Shown one piece after another: positions 58,518 through 64,000 of a DNA stretch of 64,000 bases; the stretch's first letter is position 1; each line of letters opens with the position of its first letter. The stretch is from Eledone cirrhosa (taxonomy: Eukaryota). The stretch covers positions 21,576,001-21,640,000 of the forward strand of contig OZ024746.1 in assembly GCA_964016885.1 (NCBI GenBank), written 5' to 3'. The notes below the pieces were generated by a model that was not told where the DNA came from, searched no databases, and saw only the letters and a list, made by a program, of their open reading frames with translations. The position numbers and the translations under genes are program-made.

Positions 58518-58593
58518 TGGCTGGTCAGAAGCTGGTATTTTGATTCCAGGAATGGCTTCAAGCAGCATGAAGAAGTAATCTGTTGAACATAAG
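58518..58593 (-). CDS. CH-like domain exon (x)LCSTDYFFMLLEAIPGIKIPASDQP
   Basis: Acceptor ctttcttttatttcAG; donor CCA|GTATGT; 76 nt, phase 2/0; resembles the CH helix L.DG..L..LLE...G. Confidence 0.8.
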
Positions 58594-58807
58594 CTGAAAT
58601 AAAAGAAAGTAACTTTAATTGTATGCAGGAGTGGAGTTCATAACTAAAATTGAGGAAACTTTAATTTCATGAATTGTCAGTGCAAGTTAAATAAACAGAG
58701 TTCATCTCTTCCAGCTGTGTCTCTTTTTTTCTCTTTATTACTTACGTGACTAATTCATATATATATATATACACTGCCAGGCCAGTAAAATACAAATGGC
58801 AATCCTA

Positions 58808-59010
58808 TATGTGTGTTAGCTAAAAAATTCATAGGCTGTCTATGAAGGAGTGATGCTAGAGCTGTGAAATCTTGCATGTATTAACTTTAACTCTTCTTAA
58901 TAATAACTGCATTGTTTCTTTCCAGGGACTATGTTGAAAAATAAATCTCATTTGGTCATATTCCATGAGAGTATTTTGGTCAGCCTATGAATCTTTCAAC
59001 TAACCTTGTA
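58808..59010. mobile_element. Mariner-type MITE family M
   Basis: Homology to 57453-57654. Confidence 0.85.
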
Positions 59011-59277
59011 CTTCCAGATAACTAAGTGATCCCTGAACTCACTTTCATAATTTCATATGCCACTAAACTAAACAAGCACATATCTCCATGTTGTCTCATC
59101 ATCACCACCATCATTTTATCTCCATTTTCCACACTGGTATGAGTTGGATAGGTTATCATGGTGGTCTGAGATCAGAATGATGCCCTTCTAAACAGAACAG
59201 TAATGCATTTCAGAGTGTATTGAGTGCATTTTATCACAGCATCAGCACTATAGAAGTTGTCATGGCTTCAACAAAAC

Positions 59278-59461
59278 TATGAGGATCAGCTGAAAAGTTC
59301 ATAGGCTGACCAAGATACTCTCATGGAATGATCAAATGAGATTCATTATTTTCCAACTGGAAAAAAACTCCCTGGAAAAAAACAATGCAGTTATTAATTA
59401 ATAAAAAGAGTTGAAATTAATGGAGGCAAGATTTCACAACCTACTTCAGGTGACCCTCATA
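59278..59461. mobile_element. Mariner-type MITE family M (inverted)
   Basis: Homology to 53401-53602. Confidence 0.85.
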
Positions 59462-60289
59462 GATACACCTATGTACTGAACTGATATCCTTCCATGAATG
59501 ACCAGTACAAATAGATTGTCTATGACATTCTGAGTTTCCCTAAATAGACACCACACAAAGAAAGAGTCTTTAAGTAGTTATCTAGTGATTAACCAAATAT
59601 TCTCCAGACATTTTTTCAAACATTAAAACAATAGTATTTTGAAATACACACAGATGTTCATTTATGTTTTGTGTCCTAAAATGAGTATTTGCTTCCATTT
59701 TTTTTTTTTTCTATTAGTCTTTTTTATTGATTAAATTTCTAGCACTTTCACATTTAGTTCTCAGAATGTTTGGAGAGGAGTAGAGTGTTGTTATTTCTTA
59801 TGAAAGCTTTTCCATGACACCATTAGTACTCTAATAATTAGAATATCTTATCAACAAAATAGACTACTTTTTTAAGAATTTATCCAATCCACTTTAATCA
59901 TGTGTGGAAAATTCTCCTTGGAGCAGAATGTTTTAAGTTAAAACTTCATTTATAAAACAATATAGTATTTTTTTCTTTCTTAATTTTCATTTACCCTGCA
60001 AAGAAAAATCAATACTAGATTAACCATTGTTTCCTTTCATAAGTATTAATTATTCTTAAGGTAAAAAACACACATAAAGAAAATAGAAAGAAGCCAGTAT
60101 GAAAACTTCTAAATTCCCAAGAGAATATATTTACATTCATTCTCATACAAGCCCACACATATAAAAAGTTGTTTATGCAAACACATACACATATATATAT
60201 TATATATTTTGCACAAAAAAGAATCTGCATATACGTATGATGTTTTATGTTAACATGCTGTTAGGAAGATATATATTCATACAATTTAC

Positions 60290-60447
60290 CAACACATGGG
60301 TTATTGTTACTATGACACTCTTCTAGTAACACTAGGAAAGATAATAATGATTTGAGAGATGAAGCAGCAATATGTGAATCTAGTGATTGATGTGTGTTGG
60401 TGGCTGAAAATTTGTTAATCAACTGAATAGCATATTTGTGAATGTTG
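60290..60447 (-). CDS. Possible upstream exon (NIHKYAIQLINKF...LKSLLSFLVLLEE), perhaps the end of a first CH domain
   Basis: Open frame between a cacgttttAG acceptor and candidate GTAAAT/GTATGA donors; the phase link to 58593 is unresolved. Confidence 0.3.
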
Positions 60448-60744
60448 TCTAAAACGTGTGTATGTTTAGTAGCTTCATCGACCAAAGTGAACAAACATTA
60501 CACATTTTAGTCTTCTAACGATTATTTGTAGTTTAGTCAAATTATTGTCTGTGTCATGAAAAGAAGCCTAACTTTTATGATGCAGATTTTGGCTAGGCCA
60601 TTGATGAGTGATTGTCATGAAAAATTATTAAAAATTGTAATGTGGAGCATTTGTAATGTCTGTGAATGTTTTGATACAATGTTTTTCATGAATAAAGTAA
60701 TGTGGAATTACATGTTGAATGACCCTTTGGTACATATGACATGG

Positions 60745-61025
60745 CGTGGTCCCATAGCGCCTGAGGAAGTCGTAGGGCATTTTTATACCTAGCAGAGCCC
60801 AATCCTCTCCAGCTCTGATTACAGCAGGTTCCTTCTAGAGAAGGATAGAAAGTGACAGAGAGGAAGTGAGAAATAAATATAGAGGAAGAATCAACTCTAG
60901 TACTAGACTGGTGCATTTTTTATCGAACTCGAATGAATGAAAGTCAAAGTTGGCCTTGGCAGCATTTGAGTTCAGAGAGCAGAGAGCTGAAATGAATACC
61001 ACAAAGCAATCTATCTGATGTTCTA
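60745..61025 (-). mobile_element. SINE family C
   Basis: Homology to 13965-14230 (AGAAAGTGA.AGA.AGGAAGTGAGAAA..TTTTATCGA..ATTTGA). Confidence 0.7.
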
Positions 61026-61552
61026 ACATGGCTGTCAATTCACTGTGTTTTGGTACATATGCTGTTAGCTCATTTCATACAAAATTTCTGAAACTGCCCC
61101 TGGTCCTATGACACAAAACTGTTTTGTACTGTAGCACAAGGGGTGTTTTCAGTCAGTTTGTCATTGAACCTGCAGTGGTGGAGGCTTCCAGCATTTTTGG
61201 TCCCTGAGCCACCACCTTACTTACTGTAGCTGCATACCATTCCTGATACCAGCCTATTCCTTTTTTTATAAATATAGTATATACTGTTCATGTTCATCAA
61301 ACTACCACAGGTTGTATTGTTTAGTGGGAATAAATAAATGGTGTTGATATGATGTTTGCAGCAACTAGAAAAGACATGTGCATACACACACATGTATTTA
61401 CAAGGAGTTTCATTAGTTTCCATCAATCAAATTCACTCACAAGATATTGGTTGGCCCAAGGAGATTCTTTCTTATGGTGCTCTACAGTGGGATTACACCC
61501 CAAGCCATGTGTTTCCAATACAAAATTCTTAACCACACAACCATTATTATAG

Positions 61553-61715
61553 GAGGGTCTGATGCAATGCTTTGCAGCAAAGAGTTATGGCCCTTTATGG
61601 CCCGAGTTTAAATCCTGCCGAGGTTAACTTTGCCTTTCATCCTTACGGGGTCGATAAAATAGAGTACCAGTAATGCACTGGGATAATTGCTGGCCTTGTG
61701 CCAAAAATAGAAACA
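61553..61715 (+). mobile_element. SINE family B, 10-bp TSD
   Basis: TSD ATTATTATAG at 61543-61552 and 61716-61725. Confidence 0.9.
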
Positions 61716-61874
61716 ATTATTATAGACAACTACAATAAAAAAGAGAAAGAGGAAGAAGAAAATCTCTTTTATTTAACCATGGTGTCTACTTCCACACCAA
61801 GGCTAAAAACTGTGTTTTGTTGAAAGACATGTAGTTATAAGTCTTACATTTCTACTTATCCTACTGGTGTGTCT

Positions 61875-62160
61875 AAAAAGTCTAAAGTCTGTCTTGAGCA
61901 CAGAGGCTCATCAAGCCAGTTATTATCTCAGTTGCTATGGCATTTAGTGATTGAGAGTCCAGGAATCCTTCCTGGACTGGATGCCCGTCCATTGCAAGAT
62001 TAAAACAGCAGCTATTGCTGGTACTCAGTTTCAGCTGAGTATGTTAGAGAAATGGGAAATGAATTCCTTTTTCTCAAGAACATGACACACAACTCAGGAA
62101 TTGAACCCACAGCATTATGACCGTAAGTTAAACACCCTTACCACTAGGCCATGTGCCTCC
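61875..62160 (-). mobile_element. Older tRNA/CORE-type SINE, also at 25208-25390
   Basis: Shared TCTAAAGTCT.TCTTGAGC...GAGGCTCATCA..CCAG tail and CCCTTACCACTA.G.CA..TGCCT head. Confidence 0.65.
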
Positions 62161-63514
62161 TCTAGTATGGAGTATTTCTATTAATAAGTTCATTCACATT
62201 TGTAAATGGCATGATGCTTGCACTGTTATATGAATCAGGCAGACCAATTTAGTTCTGCCTAATTTTGTGCATACTATAAATAGTTAAAAGCTACTATTCT
62301 GTGATCTTGACAATGAGAAACCAAATTAATACACATTGCAACTAGTCAGAAATTTATCTATTTTCTAATTACCCGGAGAAAAGTCCCTGGTTTAGCTCTG
62401 GTATCTATTTTCCACAGTCAGGTTTTAAATGCCTTTACTGAAGGCTGATGTACATATCTACTTATGTTGGTGATAGGAAGGACATCCAGCCATAGAAAGC
62501 TTTCCAAATAAAGAGCTGGAAGGATCCTTCAGTGGTGCCAAAGCCATGACAACTTTTCCTGTGCATTCAGTAGAATGTGAAACCATTCATAAGTGACATA
62601 ACAGACCTCTAGCCTGTCTGGGAGGTTAGTATCCACACTTTAGTACTGACTTGGACTATGTAGACCTGTTCAACCCTTGCTAGGAAGGAAAGTGGATGTT
62701 AAATGATGATGGTATATACAAATAATATATTTTCAAGCATAGTACTTCATTAATGGGTGTGTGTATGCACATGCACATGTATGCATGCATGTATGTGAGT
62801 ATGTGTGCCTGCATGCGTATGTGTGTGTGTTTTATTGCTTTTTTGTTTGTTTTGATTTTGGGGAGTTTTTTTGCTGTGAAATCTGTGATATCAATATTAA
62901 TATTGGCTACTTCATTCTGTTTACAACCAGATAATGCGATCACTGTAATGTGTATATATATGATTAAATGTCTCCTGAAGACATTACTATTATCATACTA
63001 TGAATAATTAATTTCAATAAGAATAATACTCGTTTTTTTTATATTATCAATAATGTAATAAGTTCACCATGAAAGAGAAAAATCAATGAATCTTAAGGAT
63101 TAAAAAAAAAGGAAATTAATATATATTGTCTATTTTTTATTTTGATTTCTTAACTAAGAACTATCCTGAGATTTCTTAACTAAGAACATTATCCTGTTTG
63201 TAGTTATTTCCCTTTTATTTTATATAATCATTCTTCATTGATGTGTTCAACTTAACTTGAATGTCAAATGCTTGGAGTGTTAATGAGAAGAAGGCACAAA
63301 TAAAGACCAATATTTGTCAAACCTAAAATAAAGAAGATATTTTTACCTCATCTGACCTGTGTGGTCAGGGTGATCTTGGATCTGTGGTGTTCCTTGAGTG
63401 GCTCTAGGTGGATGTTTCACCTGCACCAGGAGTGCTAAATACTTCATTTGTGTATTATGTGTATTATTTATACTTTTACTTCACCTGATTTCTATGTTAA
63501 CCCTCACTATTTAG

Positions 63515-63972
63515 GTAATCTGGGGGGGGGGGATTTTATAAACCCTGTAAGGATGAAAGGCAAAGCTAACCATGGTAAGATTTAAAAACAGAATGTATAA
63601 TAATCATTATAATTATTATTATTATTTCTACTATAGGCACAAGGCCAGCAATTTGGGGTGGGAAGTCGATTAAAGATGAAAGGCAAAGTTAACCCTGGCA
63701 AGATTTGGAACGTTAATGGCCATAACTCTATGCTGCAAAGTATGTTGTTCGACACTCTACCGATACTGCCAATCCACCTCCCTTAATAATTGTTTCTACT
63801 TTTGGCTCAAGGCCAGCAACTACTCAGTACATTACTGGTACTTTATTTTATTGACCCCATAAGGATGAAAGGCAAAGTTAACCTCGGTGGGATTTGAACT
63901 CAGACCATAAAGGACCGTAACTCTATGCTGCAAAGCATGGTGTCCGACTCTCTACCGATACTGCCAATCCAA
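63515..63972 (-). mobile_element. Cluster of three SINE family B copies
   Basis: Three AGGATGAAAGGCAAAG-type cores (about 63550, 63675, 63862) separated by ATAAT/ATT tracts. Confidence 0.85.
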
Positions 63973-64000
63973 TAATGATAATCCTTTTGTAATTTGTTTA

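Noticed and set aside
62860-63420. Candidate upstream exons (NINIDITDFT at about 62880; VKHPPRATQG at 63347-63420)
   Set aside because: The first lacks a GT donor; the second is phase-compatible but not CH-like and has a weak acceptor. Unresolved without RNA data.

Overview
AT-rich, repeat-dense animal genomic DNA. The SINE/LINE/microsatellite content points to a coleoid cephalopod, probably Octopus; this is an inference, not a database result. One multi-exon protein-coding gene can be rebuilt by hand on the minus strand, with six phase-compatible GT-AG exons between 58593 and 31746 (about 1745 aa inside the window; the 5' exons are unresolved). It encodes an N-terminal calponin-homology (CH)-like domain, a roughly 950-aa Ser/Thr-rich region with SxIP-like motifs, a coiled coil, a second disordered region and a short C-terminal helix. 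The rest is three modular tRNA-derived SINE families, RTE-, Expander- and CRE-like LINE fragments, Tc1/mariner MITEs, a long inverted-repeat element and kb-scale (TA)n/(TATG) arrays. The long YI/YM ORFs are microsatellite artefacts. The most notable patterns are: (1) a recurring module of a hammerhead-ribozyme-like motif, a short tail and a (TA)n tract; (2) SINE families with different target preferences, (TA)n versus ATTAT, the latter shown by target-site duplications; (3) several long inverted repeats, one whose core mismatches are almost all G-U; (4) an RTE LINE ending in three C2H2 fingers.
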